Shown in pieces: positions 44,356-52,755 of a stretch of 64,000 nt of DNA; the stretch's first letter is position 1, and every line of letters starts with the position of its first letter. The notes under the pieces were generated by a model that saw only the letters and a list, made by a program, of their open reading frames with translations, had not been told where the DNA came from and made no database searches. The DNA is from Bacteroidota bacterium. Lineage in GTDB: Bacteria > Bacteroidota > Bacteroidia > Chitinophagales > Saprospiraceae. Where the stretch lies: NCBI GenBank assembly GCA_029557915.1, contig JAKQHS010000111.1:5918-69917 (forward strand), in the 5' to 3' direction. Both the position numbers and the translations under genes were made by a program.

Positions 44356-46128
44356 ATGCGCCAGATTATAACTCTTTTATATTTTTTGACCGCTCTTTCC
44401 CTCCACGCCCAGGTCCATATCCGGACCAACCTGGTCGGATACCAGCCTGCAGACCATAAATCCGCCATCGCGTTCACAGACCTGGACCTGTCCGGGGAAT
44501 TCCAGGTCGTGGATGTTTCCGGTAAACTTGTTTTTTCAGGTCCGATCCTTCCTGCCAAAGCCCCCGGCTACGGGCCTTTTAAAAATTATTATGAATTGGA
44601 TTTTTCCGGGCTGACTGCAGGCGGGCAATACCAGCTGGTGATTCCCGGCCGCTTGCAGGCGACCTCACCCTCCTTCCACATTGATCCCGGCTTATATAAA
44701 AATCTCCCCGACGTGTTGCTTGAATTCATGCGGCAGCAGCGATGCGGATACAATCCATTTTTTGACCACGTCTGTCACCAGAAGGACGGCCGCATCATGG
44801 ATGGACCCATACCGGACTCAACCTATGTCGATGTGACCGGAGGCTGGCACGATGCCGGGGACCAGCTCAAATACCTGATCACCGGGAGCAATGCCACCGC
44901 CCGCATGATCATGGCTTACCAGCATTTTCCCCAGGTGTTCAAGGACCAATTTAACGCCCTGGGCCAGCCCGGCGCCAATAAGATCCCGGATGTGCTGGAT
45001 GAAGCCAAATGGGGACTGGACTGGATTCTCCGTTTGCATTACGCCCCCGGCCACCTGATCCATATGGTGGCGGACGACCGCGATCATGTAGGCTGGAAAC
45101 TGCCAATGTACGACCCCTCCAATTTTGGCTGGGGCAAGGATTCTTACCGGGTTGCCTATTATGCCACGGGCAAACCCCAGGGACTTGGCAAATATAAAAG
45201 CCAGGCTACGGGCATTGCAAATGTGGCCGGGCGGTCGGCCGCTGCCCTGGCCCTGGGTCACCAGGTCTGGAAACAAAAGGGTTATGACCCGGCCTTTGCC
45301 CTCAAATGCCTGCAGGCCGCGGAAGATTTGTACCGCATGGCCAAACAACAAGCCGGATACCAACAGGGCAATTCCTATGGGGCGCCATACCGGTACAACG
45401 AGGATACCTGGACGGACGATATGGAATGGGCCGCCGCTGAATTGTACCGGGCCACCCGCAAGCCCTCTTATCTCACCGATGCCAAAACGTATGCCACCCA
45501 AACCGGGGAACTGTCCTGGATCCAGCACGATACCTCCGCCCACTACCAGTTTTATCCTTTTATGAATATTGCGCATTATGCCCTGTACAACCTGGTGGAT
45601 CCGGCTTTTAAAGCCAAACTGGCAGGCTACTACCGAAACGGGATAAAACAAACACTGAAACAACGGGCCGGACTCAACGCCTTCCAGCATGGAGTACCCT
45701 TTATCTGGTGTTCCAACAACCTGCTCATCGACCTGGTGCTGCAAATCCATCTTTATGAAAAAATGACCGGGGACAAACAATTCAGCGCATACAAATTAAA
45801 CATGCGGGACTGGCTCTTCGGCCGCAATCCCTGGGGCAGCAGCATGTTTATGAATATCCCCACGCAGGGTCCGTACCCGCGTGATGTCCATACCTCCACC
45901 TGGGCCCTGACCAAAAAGGAGGTCCCGGGCGGACTGGTGGACGGACCGATTTATTATACCACTTACCAAAAACAAATCGGCCTCCAACTCACTCATGCGG
46001 ATCCCTATGCCGCCTTTCAAAACGGTTACGTAGTCTATCACGACGATATCGGTGACTACTGTACCAATGAACCGACCATGGACGGCACTGCCTGCGCCGT
46101 TTTTTTCATGGCCCTGTTTACGGAATGA
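44356..46128 (+). CDS. Glycoside hydrolase family 9 endoglucanase with N-terminal Ig-like (CelD_N) domain
   Basis: It has a signal peptide (LTALSLHAQ). The GH9 signature is GGWHDAGDQLKY, followed by DMEWAAAELY. The C-terminal catalytic region reads YHDDIGDYCTNEPTMDG. Confidence 0.9.
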   Translation: MRQIITLLYFLTALSLHAQVHIRTNLVGYQPADHKSAIAFTDLDLSGEFQVVDVSGKLVFSGPILPAKAPGYGPFKNYYELDFSGLTAGGQYQLVIPGRLQATSPSFHIDPGLYKNLPDVLLEFMRQQRCGYNPFFDHVCHQKDGRIMDGPIPDSTYVDVTGGWHDAGDQLKYLITGSNATARMIMAYQHFPQVFKDQFNALGQPGANKIPDVLDEAKWGLDWILRLHYAPGHLIHMVADDRDHVGWKLPMYDPSNFGWGKDSYRVAYYATGKPQGLGKYKSQATGIANVAGRSAAALALGHQVWKQKGYDPAFALKCLQAAEDLYRMAKQQAGYQQGNSYGAPYRYNEDTWTDDMEWAAAELYRATRKPSYLTDAKTYATQTGELSWIQHDTSAHYQFYPFMNIAHYALYNLVDPAFKAKLAGYYRNGIKQTLKQRAGLNAFQHGVPFIWCSNNLLIDLVLQIHLYEKMTGDKQFSAYKLNMRDWLFGRNPWGSSMFMNIPTQGPYPRDVHTSTWALTKKEVPGGLVDGPIYYTTYQKQIGLQLTHADPYAAFQNGYVVYHDDIGDYCTNEPTMDGTACAVFFMALFTE

Positions 46129-46133
46129 TCTTA

Positions 46134-46262
46134 GGGGTGAGGAGTGAGGTTTGAGGTTTGAGGTCCCGAGCCCTAACCCTTGGGAGAAGATGGGCAGTTC
46201 TCCTCCTTTGACTATTGACTATTGACTATTGACTATTGACTATTGACTGTTGGCTGTTGACC
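46134..46262. repeat. Two heptamer microsatellites after the GH9 stop: (G/T)NTGAGG (4 copies) and TTGACTA (5 perfect plus 3 degenerate copies)
   Basis: 46134-46161 reads gggtgag gagtgag gtttgag gtttgag. 46208-46262 reads ttgacta five times, then ttgactg ttggctg ttgacca. Confidence 0.9.
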
Positions 46263-46372
46263 AACTTATGTCATGGATTCTCATAATTTCCTGACTTTTT
46301 GGCAGGATACTGATAAGGGAATATTATTTGATGCTTCTATTTGAATCGACTAATACGTTTTAAGTAATAACC

Positions 46373-48763
46373 ATGTTTGACTCGTTAAAATTTTCAGCTC
46401 CTGAAGAAATTGAATTCCCCCTGTTGGCGACCGAAGAAGAAGAGGAGCCTTCAAGGGAAACCGATGAACCGGAGATTTTGGGAGTGCTTCCCCTGAAAAA
46501 CACCGTGCAGTTTCCGGGTATTGTACTGCCCATCACCATAGGCCGGGACAAGTCCATACAGGCTGTGAATGAAGCCTATAAACACGACAAGCGCATAGCG
46601 GTCGTCACGCAAAAGGAAGCCGGCAATGAGGACCCCAATTTTAACGGCCTATACCGGATCGGGACCATCGCCCGCATCCTCAAAGTGCTGAAAATGCCGG
46701 ACGGAACGACCACGGCCATTCTCCAGGGACGCAAAAGGATAAAAATCCTCGAGGAGCTGACGGAGGAGCCCATCATGAAAGCAAGGGTGGCCGCCCTGGT
46801 GTACAAACCCGTGAGCAACAAGCTTGAATTTGAAGCCCTCATCGCCACCATCAAGGATCTGGGCAAACGCATCATCGACCTTTCGCCGCATATCCCGGGA
46901 GAAGCCGCCACCATGCTCCGAAATATCAGCGACGACAGTTTCCTGCTCAATTTTATAGCTTCCAACCTGGGCGTCAACCTCCAGCAAAGGCAGCAATTGC
47001 TGGAAATGAACGACCTGCTTAAAAAAGGACAGGCCATCCTGGAGTACATGCACAAAGACCTCCAGCTGCTCGAGCTCAAAGAACAGATAGAAAGCAAGGT
47101 GAGGGGGGATATCGAAAAACAACAAAGGGATTATTTCCTCAATCAGCAACTCAAAACGATCCAGGATGAACTGGGCCAAAATCCGCAGGAAGACGAGCTT
47201 AAAAAACTGGAAGTACGCGCCGCCGCAAAAAAATGGCCCACAGCAGCTAAAGATGCTTTTGACCGCGAACTGGCCAAACTGCGCAGGTCCAATCCCCAGA
47301 TGGCCGAGTATGGGGTAACCCTGAATTATGTGGAATTTCTCCTGGATCTGCCCTGGCAGGAGTACACCAAGGATAATTTTGACCTCAATAAAGTCAAGGC
47401 CGTCCTGGACCAGGATCATTTTGGACTGGATGATGTGAAGGAAAGAATCCTGGAGCACCTGGCCGTTCTCAAACTCAAGGGGGATATGAAATCGCCCATC
47501 CTTTGCCTGGTAGGCCCTCCCGGAGTGGGCAAAACGTCACTGGGCAAGTCCGTTTCCAAAGCCCTCAAGCGGAAATTCGTGAGAATGTCCCTGGGAGGGC
47601 TTCACGATGAAGCCGAGATCCGGGGTCACCGCAAAACTTATATCGGCGCCCTTCCCGGCCGGATCCTGCAGTCCATTAAAAAATCCGCCTCTTCCAACCC
47701 GGTATTCATCCTCGACGAAATCGACAAACTGGGCAAGGACTTTCGCGGCGACCCTTCATCGGCTCTCCTGGAAGTATTGGACCCGGAACAAAACACGACT
47801 TTTTACGACAATTATCTCGAGCTCGAATACGACCTGTCCAAGGTATTATTCATCGCCACCGCCAATTCCCTGCAAAACATCCAGCCCGCCCTGCTCGACC
47901 GGATGGAGATCATTGAGCTCAGCGGTTATTCGACTGAAGAAAAAATTGAGATTGCCAAAAGGCACCTGATCCCCAAACAGCTTGCAGCCCACGGCCTCAA
48001 ACCCAAACACATCAAGTGGAACGACGAGGTGATTGCCCAGGTGATCGACAATTATACCCGGGAATCCGGCGTCCGGGCCCTGGATCGCCAGATCGCAGGA
48101 CTGATGCGCCGGGTGGCCAAGGAGGTAGCCCTGAAATCCTCCTATTCCATCACCCTCACCAAGGCGGATGTGACCCGGATGCTCGGCCTGGAAAAGGTCA
48201 ACCCGGATACCTATCAGGATGTGACCATGCCCGGCGTTGCCATAGGACTGGCCTGGACCCGAGTGGGCGGAGACATCCTCTACATCGAGTCCAGCCTGAG
48301 CAAGGGGAAAGGAAAACTCACCCTCACCGGAAACCTGGGGGATGTCATGAAGGAATCGGCGACCACGGCCCTCAGCTTCGTTAAATCCAAAAGCAAGTCC
48401 CTGGGCATCGATGAAAACATTTTCGAAACGCACGATATCCATATCCACATTCCGGAAGGCGCCATACCCAAGGACGGGCCTTCGGCCGGGATTACGATGC
48501 TGACCAGCCTGGTTTCCGCCTTTACCAATACGCCGGTCAAGGCCCACCTGGCCATGAGCGGGGAAATCACTCTTCGCGGAAAAGTACTGCCGGTCGGCGG
48601 GATCAAGGAAAAAGTGCTGGCTGCCAAAAGGGCCGGCATCAAAGAAATCATTCTCTGCCGGGAAAATGAAAAAGACATCCGGGAAATCAAACCCGAGTAC
48701 ATCGCCGGATTGCAGTTTAAATATGTAGACCGGATGGAGGAGGTGATTGGTTTGGCGATATAG
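46373..48763 (+). CDS. lon: ATP-dependent Lon protease (LonA)
   Basis: 796 aa. It has a LON N-domain, Walker A GPPGVGKTSLGKS, Walker B VFILDEIDK and the protease Ser motif PKDGPSAGITM, with the downstream Lys in GGIKEK. Confidence 0.97.
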   Translation: MFDSLKFSAPEEIEFPLLATEEEEEPSRETDEPEILGVLPLKNTVQFPGIVLPITIGRDKSIQAVNEAYKHDKRIAVVTQKEAGNEDPNFNGLYRIGTIARILKVLKMPDGTTTAILQGRKRIKILEELTEEPIMKARVAALVYKPVSNKLEFEALIATIKDLGKRIIDLSPHIPGEAATMLRNISDDSFLLNFIASNLGVNLQQRQQLLEMNDLLKKGQAILEYMHKDLQLLELKEQIESKVRGDIEKQQRDYFLNQQLKTIQDELGQNPQEDELKKLEVRAAAKKWPTAAKDAFDRELAKLRRSNPQMAEYGVTLNYVEFLLDLPWQEYTKDNFDLNKVKAVLDQDHFGLDDVKERILEHLAVLKLKGDMKSPILCLVGPPGVGKTSLGKSVSKALKRKFVRMSLGGLHDEAEIRGHRKTYIGALPGRILQSIKKSASSNPVFILDEIDKLGKDFRGDPSSALLEVLDPEQNTTFYDNYLELEYDLSKVLFIATANSLQNIQPALLDRMEIIELSGYSTEEKIEIAKRHLIPKQLAAHGLKPKHIKWNDEVIAQVIDNYTRESGVRALDRQIAGLMRRVAKEVALKSSYSITLTKADVTRMLGLEKVNPDTYQDVTMPGVAIGLAWTRVGGDILYIESSLSKGKGKLTLTGNLGDVMKESATTALSFVKSKSKSLGIDENIFETHDIHIHIPEGAIPKDGPSAGITMLTSLVSAFTNTPVKAHLAMSGEITLRGKVLPVGGIKEKVLAAKRAGIKEIILCRENEKDIREIKPEYIAGLQFKYVDRMEEVIGLAI

Positions 48764-48798
48764 TGAGGATTGAGGATTGAGGATTGAGGATTGAGGTT
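48764..48798. repeat. TGAGGAT heptamer microsatellite (4 perfect plus 1 variant) starting at the first nt after the lon stop codon
   Basis: The sequence reads tag|tgaggat tgaggat tgaggat tgaggat tgaggtt. TGA therefore appears in all three frames within 21 nt of the stop. Confidence 0.9.
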
Positions 48799-48809
48799 AG
48801 TCCTTGGTG

Positions 48810-49379
48810 TTAGAGGCCGATTGGAATACTGACCAGCAGAGTATCCCAGCCAAGGTACATGATCGCATTTTTATCATCCACCTTTTCAAATACGATTGAA
48901 AAATTTTCGAGTGTTTTGGTATTTGTCCTCACCGGTACTTTAATCCGCAACACATCCTGTTCTGCCTTATAACTATAAGCACCCCAGTGATCCAAAGCGG
49001 AGTTGAGGATGATCGTCCATTCATTGGTTTCAGGAATAGTAAACAGGGCATAGGTACCTGCTTTTAATTCCATCCCGCCAAATAGCAGATCCCGGTAGAA
49101 TTTTATTTCAGTGGCTTCGTTGGCTCCTGTTCGCCATACTTTACCATACGGAATCAGTTTACCTAAAAGTTCCCTGCCGTTTTTTGCAGGCCGGCTGTAA
49201 ATCACCCGGATCATGGCCGTATCCGAACCTATGCGTTGGGGTGCAAATCGCCGGTCGTGGGCGTAATCGTTCGGATAATAGACCATATCCAGGGGGCTTT
49301 TATCCAGCTCGAAAAAATTTTGCGCAGCTAATCCGGAAAAATTCAGGGCGACCAGGATAACGATGAAAAGGTTCTTCAT
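48810..49379 (-). CDS. DUF2911-like secreted protein
   Basis: 189 aa with a signal peptide (LNFSGLAAQ). The segment YSRPAKNGRELLGKLIPYGKVWRTGANEATEIKF matches my recollection of DUF2911. Confidence 0.6.
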   Translation of the reverse strand: MKNLFIVILVALNFSGLAAQNFFELDKSPLDMVYYPNDYAHDRRFAPQRIGSDTAMIRVIYSRPAKNGRELLGKLIPYGKVWRTGANEATEIKFYRDLLFGGMELKAGTYALFTIPETNEWTIILNSALDHWGAYSYKAEQDVLRIKVPVRTNTKTLENFSIVFEKVDDKNAIMYLGWDTLLVSIPIGL

Positions 49380-49559
49380 GCCTTAAAGATAAAAATTAGC
49401 AGTGGCATGGTTTGATCACCAAAGGATGGTTTCGCCCTGCCAGTCGGGGAAAAGAGGCCGGCGCTCACCGGCATGGTTAGATACCGGACGAATTGATTTA
49501 TAAGTGATCGAACATAAAGTTTATGAAGTTCAACCAGGGGGGTGTCTAAAAAGTACAAA

Positions 49560-50260
49560 ATTCACATGAATGGCCAAACAAAGGCGAGGTTGCTTCAGTG
49601 CCTGCCCGACTGATCAATAAGATAACGGTGTGGTCAGGCGGGCGTCCCGCCTGAAGCGTTTTAGCAGTATGTCATAAGAGAGTTTAAAATACAATTTCAT
49701 ATTGCATTTCTGATGGCATTAAAATATTGCGAACCAGTTTCAGGCGAGGACGCCCTGAAACAACCTCGTTTGTGCTGATCATTCTATACACTAACTGGAC
49801 AATATCTTGAATTTTTAGACCCCCCAACCATAGTCCGCCTCGCCATCCAAGGACGGCAAGGGAGGTCAACCTAAATGGGCACAGATGGAAACCGGGCTTA
49901 GATCCTTAGCCCATGGATGGATGGCTTTTTCGATTTTGGCTCCTCGTCTTGCCGTTGAAAATTTTGATCCCTGCGCCTATTGTCACAAGAGGGATGGTTT
50001 GAGTGATGCCAGCGTTGCCACTTGGGTAACGTTGAGTGCTTCGAAATGGCTGAAGAAAGCGCTGATATCGTAAACGTGGTTAAATTCGATTTCACCGATA
50101 CCATAAAAATCCAACAAGGTCTTCCTGATTTTCTTTGACAATCTGACGGTTCCTCAGTTGGTTCCTTTAGGCGTCCTCGCCTAAAGGAGTATAATTATTA
50201 ACCGGTTTCAGGCGGGGACGCCAGAAACAAGCATTCAACGACCTTTTAATTTAAACTCAG
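49560..50260. repeat. Mosaic intergenic hairpin-repeat region (third locus of the family)
   Basis: 49571-49655 is the reverse complement of 16441-16530, with about 90% identity by eye. Hairpins are GTTTCAGGCG-AGGA-CGCCCTGAAAC (49737-49761), CCTTTAGGCG-TCC-TCGCCTAAAGG (50164-50187) and GTTTCAGGCGGGGACGCCAGAAAC (50206-50229). Confidence 0.8.
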
Positions 50261-50395
50261 TACTTAAAGGTTCTGATGGTGCCCTGAAGCTGTAATTTTG
50301 CCTTTATAGTTTACTGTTTTAACTGCAAACGGCTATTGTAACTTTTCTGTTACCAAAAAATCAAAGCATCGCTTTAAAATGAATTTGAAATAAGC

Positions 50396-50797
50396 ATGAA
50401 ACAACATTTGGCCCATATCGCCTTATTGGTAAATGACTATGATGAAGCCATACAATACTATACTCAGCAGCTCCACTTTACCTTAAAGGAGGATACCCCC
50501 TTGAGTGAAACCAAACGCTGGGTAGTGGTGGCTCCTCCGGGATCCGGCCAAACTTCTTTGCTCCTGGCCCGGGCCGCCGATGACTACCAGGCGGGCTTTG
50601 TAGGCAACCAATCCGGCGGCCGGGTCTTTCTGTTCCTGCATACGGACGATTTCTGGAGGGATTACCGGGAGATGGTGGTTAAAAACATCGAGTTTGTAAG
50701 ACCCCCTTCGGTGGAATCCTATGGTACCGTGGCCGTGTTCAGAGATCTTTATGGGAACCTCTGGGATTTGATACAACCGGCCGGAACCGATGATTGA
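50396..50797 (+). CDS. VOC-family (glyoxalase/bleomycin-resistance/dioxygenase fold) protein
   Basis: 133 aa: HIALLVNDYDEAIQYYTQQLHF ... VAVFRDLYGNLWDLIQ, a typical VOC-domain pattern. Confidence 0.7.
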   Translation: MKQHLAHIALLVNDYDEAIQYYTQQLHFTLKEDTPLSETKRWVVVAPPGSGQTSLLLARAADDYQAGFVGNQSGGRVFLFLHTDDFWRDYREMVVKNIEFVRPPSVESYGTVAVFRDLYGNLWDLIQPAGTDD

Positions 50798-50877
50798 GAA
50801 AACCGGATTGAAATAAATGAAAAGTCTCCAATCCATCCCAGCTCCGTGTATCTCATAAACAGATGGTATTTTTAGAT

Positions 50878-52659
50878 ATGAAATCATTGCCCCGGGGAAT
50901 TGCTCTTTTAATCATATCAGGCTGTCTTTTCCCGGCGTGTAAACCACCCGACCCGAACATGCCTCCGACGCAAAAGTCATCCAATGCAACTCCGTATACC
51001 AGCGACCCCGCCTGGTGGAAAGAAGCCGTCGTGTACCAGATCTATCCCCGAAGCTTTAAGGATACGGACGGAGATGGCATAGGCGATTTGAAAGGCATCA
51101 TTGAAAAACTGGATTATATCAAAAGCCTGGGCATTGACATGGTCTGGCTGAATCCGGTCTATGCCTCCCCCAATAAGGACAACGGATACGATATCAGCGA
51201 TTACCGGGATATCATGGAGGAGTTTGGCAGCATGGCCGATTTCGACAGTCTGTTGAGGGGTTTTCATGAACGGAATATCCGGGTATTCATGGACCTGGTC
51301 GTCAACCATTGCAGCAATCAACATGCCTGGTTTCAATCCGCCAGCCGGGACCGCAACAGCCCCTATTACCGGTATTTTCACTGGTGGCCGGCGGAAAAAG
51401 GCAAACCGCCTTACCGGTGGAGCATATTTGACGAAAAAGGTGATGCCTGGGAATACAACGCGGCGACCAGCTCCTATTACCTGCATTATTTTTCGGATTT
51501 TCAACCCGACCTCAACTGGGAGAACCCGGCTTTGCGGCAGGAAATTTATAAAATGATGCGTTTCTGGCTGGACAAGGGCATTGACGGATTCCGTCTGGAT
51601 GCCATTGCCTTTTGTTCCAAAGACACGACCTGGCCGGCCTTACCGGAAGAATATCATGGAAACTGGCCCTTGTATTATGCCAGCGGCCCCCATCTGCATG
51701 ACTATATGCAGGAGATGAACCGCGAGGTGTTCAGTAAATACGATATCGCCACAGTGGCTGAAGCTATGGGCGATGTGGAGCGGGTGATGAAATTTGTGGA
51801 TCCTGCACGGAAAGAACTGAATATGGCCTATTCCTTTGAAGCCATCGATTTTGGTTATCTGCCCAATGAATACAAAATGCCTGACCCGAAAGGATTTGAC
51901 CTGGTGCAATGGAAAAAAATTCATGCCAAATGGACGGATGCTTTTTCGGAAAGGGGTTGGGGCACCATTTACCTGGGCAATCACGATCAGCCGCGCATGC
52001 TCAGCCGGTGGGGCGACGATCGTCCCGAATATAGGGTCCTTTCTTCTAAAATGCTCACCACTTTCATCCTGAGCATGCGGGGCACGCCCTATTATTATTA
52101 CGGGGACGAAATCGGCATGGACAATATCCGCTTTGATAAAATAGAAGATTACAAAGATATCGAGCTGCTTACCAACTATGCCCAGGTGAAAGCAAAAGGA
52201 GGCGACCTGAAACGGTTTTTGGAAGGCATGAAAATTTCTTCCCGCGACAACGGACGCACCCCCATGCAATGGAATGATAAGGAACAGGGCGGATTCACCG
52301 CAGGCAGGCCCTGGTTAAAGGTGAATCCCAATTATCCGGCCGTAAATGTATCTGTACAGGAAAACGACCCGAATTCAATACTCAACCATTTCAGAAAAAT
52401 GGTGCAGTTGCGGAAACACAATCCAGTACTGATCTATGGGGATTGGAAACTGGTCGATCCTGAAAACCCTTCTATTTTTGCTTACAGCCGGGAGTGGGAA
52501 GGAAAAAAAGTATTGGTCGTTTTGAATTTCAAAAATACCAGGGCCACGCTCCGGACGGACCTGGATCTGAGTCATGCCAGGGTCTGGACCGGAAATTATC
52601 CGGATCCGCCCGGAAAAAAGGAATTGAGGCCCTATGAGGCGGTGATCTGGGAGCTTTAA
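50878..52659 (+). CDS. GH13 alpha-glucosidase (oligo-1,6-glucosidase / trehalose-6-P hydrolase-like), lipoprotein
   Basis: The start at 50878 gives the lipobox LLIISGCLFPAC. GH13 motifs are WWKEAVVYQIYPRSFKDTDGDGIGDLKG, DLVVNHCS, GFRLDAI and LGNHDQPR. Confidence 0.9.
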   Translation: MKSLPRGIALLIISGCLFPACKPPDPNMPPTQKSSNATPYTSDPAWWKEAVVYQIYPRSFKDTDGDGIGDLKGIIEKLDYIKSLGIDMVWLNPVYASPNKDNGYDISDYRDIMEEFGSMADFDSLLRGFHERNIRVFMDLVVNHCSNQHAWFQSASRDRNSPYYRYFHWWPAEKGKPPYRWSIFDEKGDAWEYNAATSSYYLHYFSDFQPDLNWENPALRQEIYKMMRFWLDKGIDGFRLDAIAFCSKDTTWPALPEEYHGNWPLYYASGPHLHDYMQEMNREVFSKYDIATVAEAMGDVERVMKFVDPARKELNMAYSFEAIDFGYLPNEYKMPDPKGFDLVQWKKIHAKWTDAFSERGWGTIYLGNHDQPRMLSRWGDDRPEYRVLSSKMLTTFILSMRGTPYYYYGDEIGMDNIRFDKIEDYKDIELLTNYAQVKAKGGDLKRFLEGMKISSRDNGRTPMQWNDKEQGGFTAGRPWLKVNPNYPAVNVSVQENDPNSILNHFRKMVQLRKHNPVLIYGDWKLVDPENPSIFAYSREWEGKKVLVVLNFKNTRATLRTDLDLSHARVWTGNYPDPPGKKELRPYEAVIWEL

Positions 52660-52755
52660 AAGGTATGAAGACCTGGTCCCGCATCCGGAGGGTTTAAATC
52701 GTTCATTCGCATCCCCTGATTTTTATATATTGTCTTGAAATAACCTTTTATACGA

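Noticed and set aside
44259-44558. ORF 44259..44558(-), 99 aa, upstream of and overlapping the GH9 gene
   Set aside because: It translates the 13-nt tandem repeat and the antisense strand of the GH9 signal-peptide region. It has no supporting features.
49684-50104. Track ORFs 49684..49869(-), 49885..50073(+) and 49898..50104(-) as genes
   Set aside because: They are mutually overlapping short ORFs in a repeat-rich gap, with implausible compositions. A different minus-strand frame (49983..50153) looks more protein-like, and I report it separately as a low-confidence remnant.
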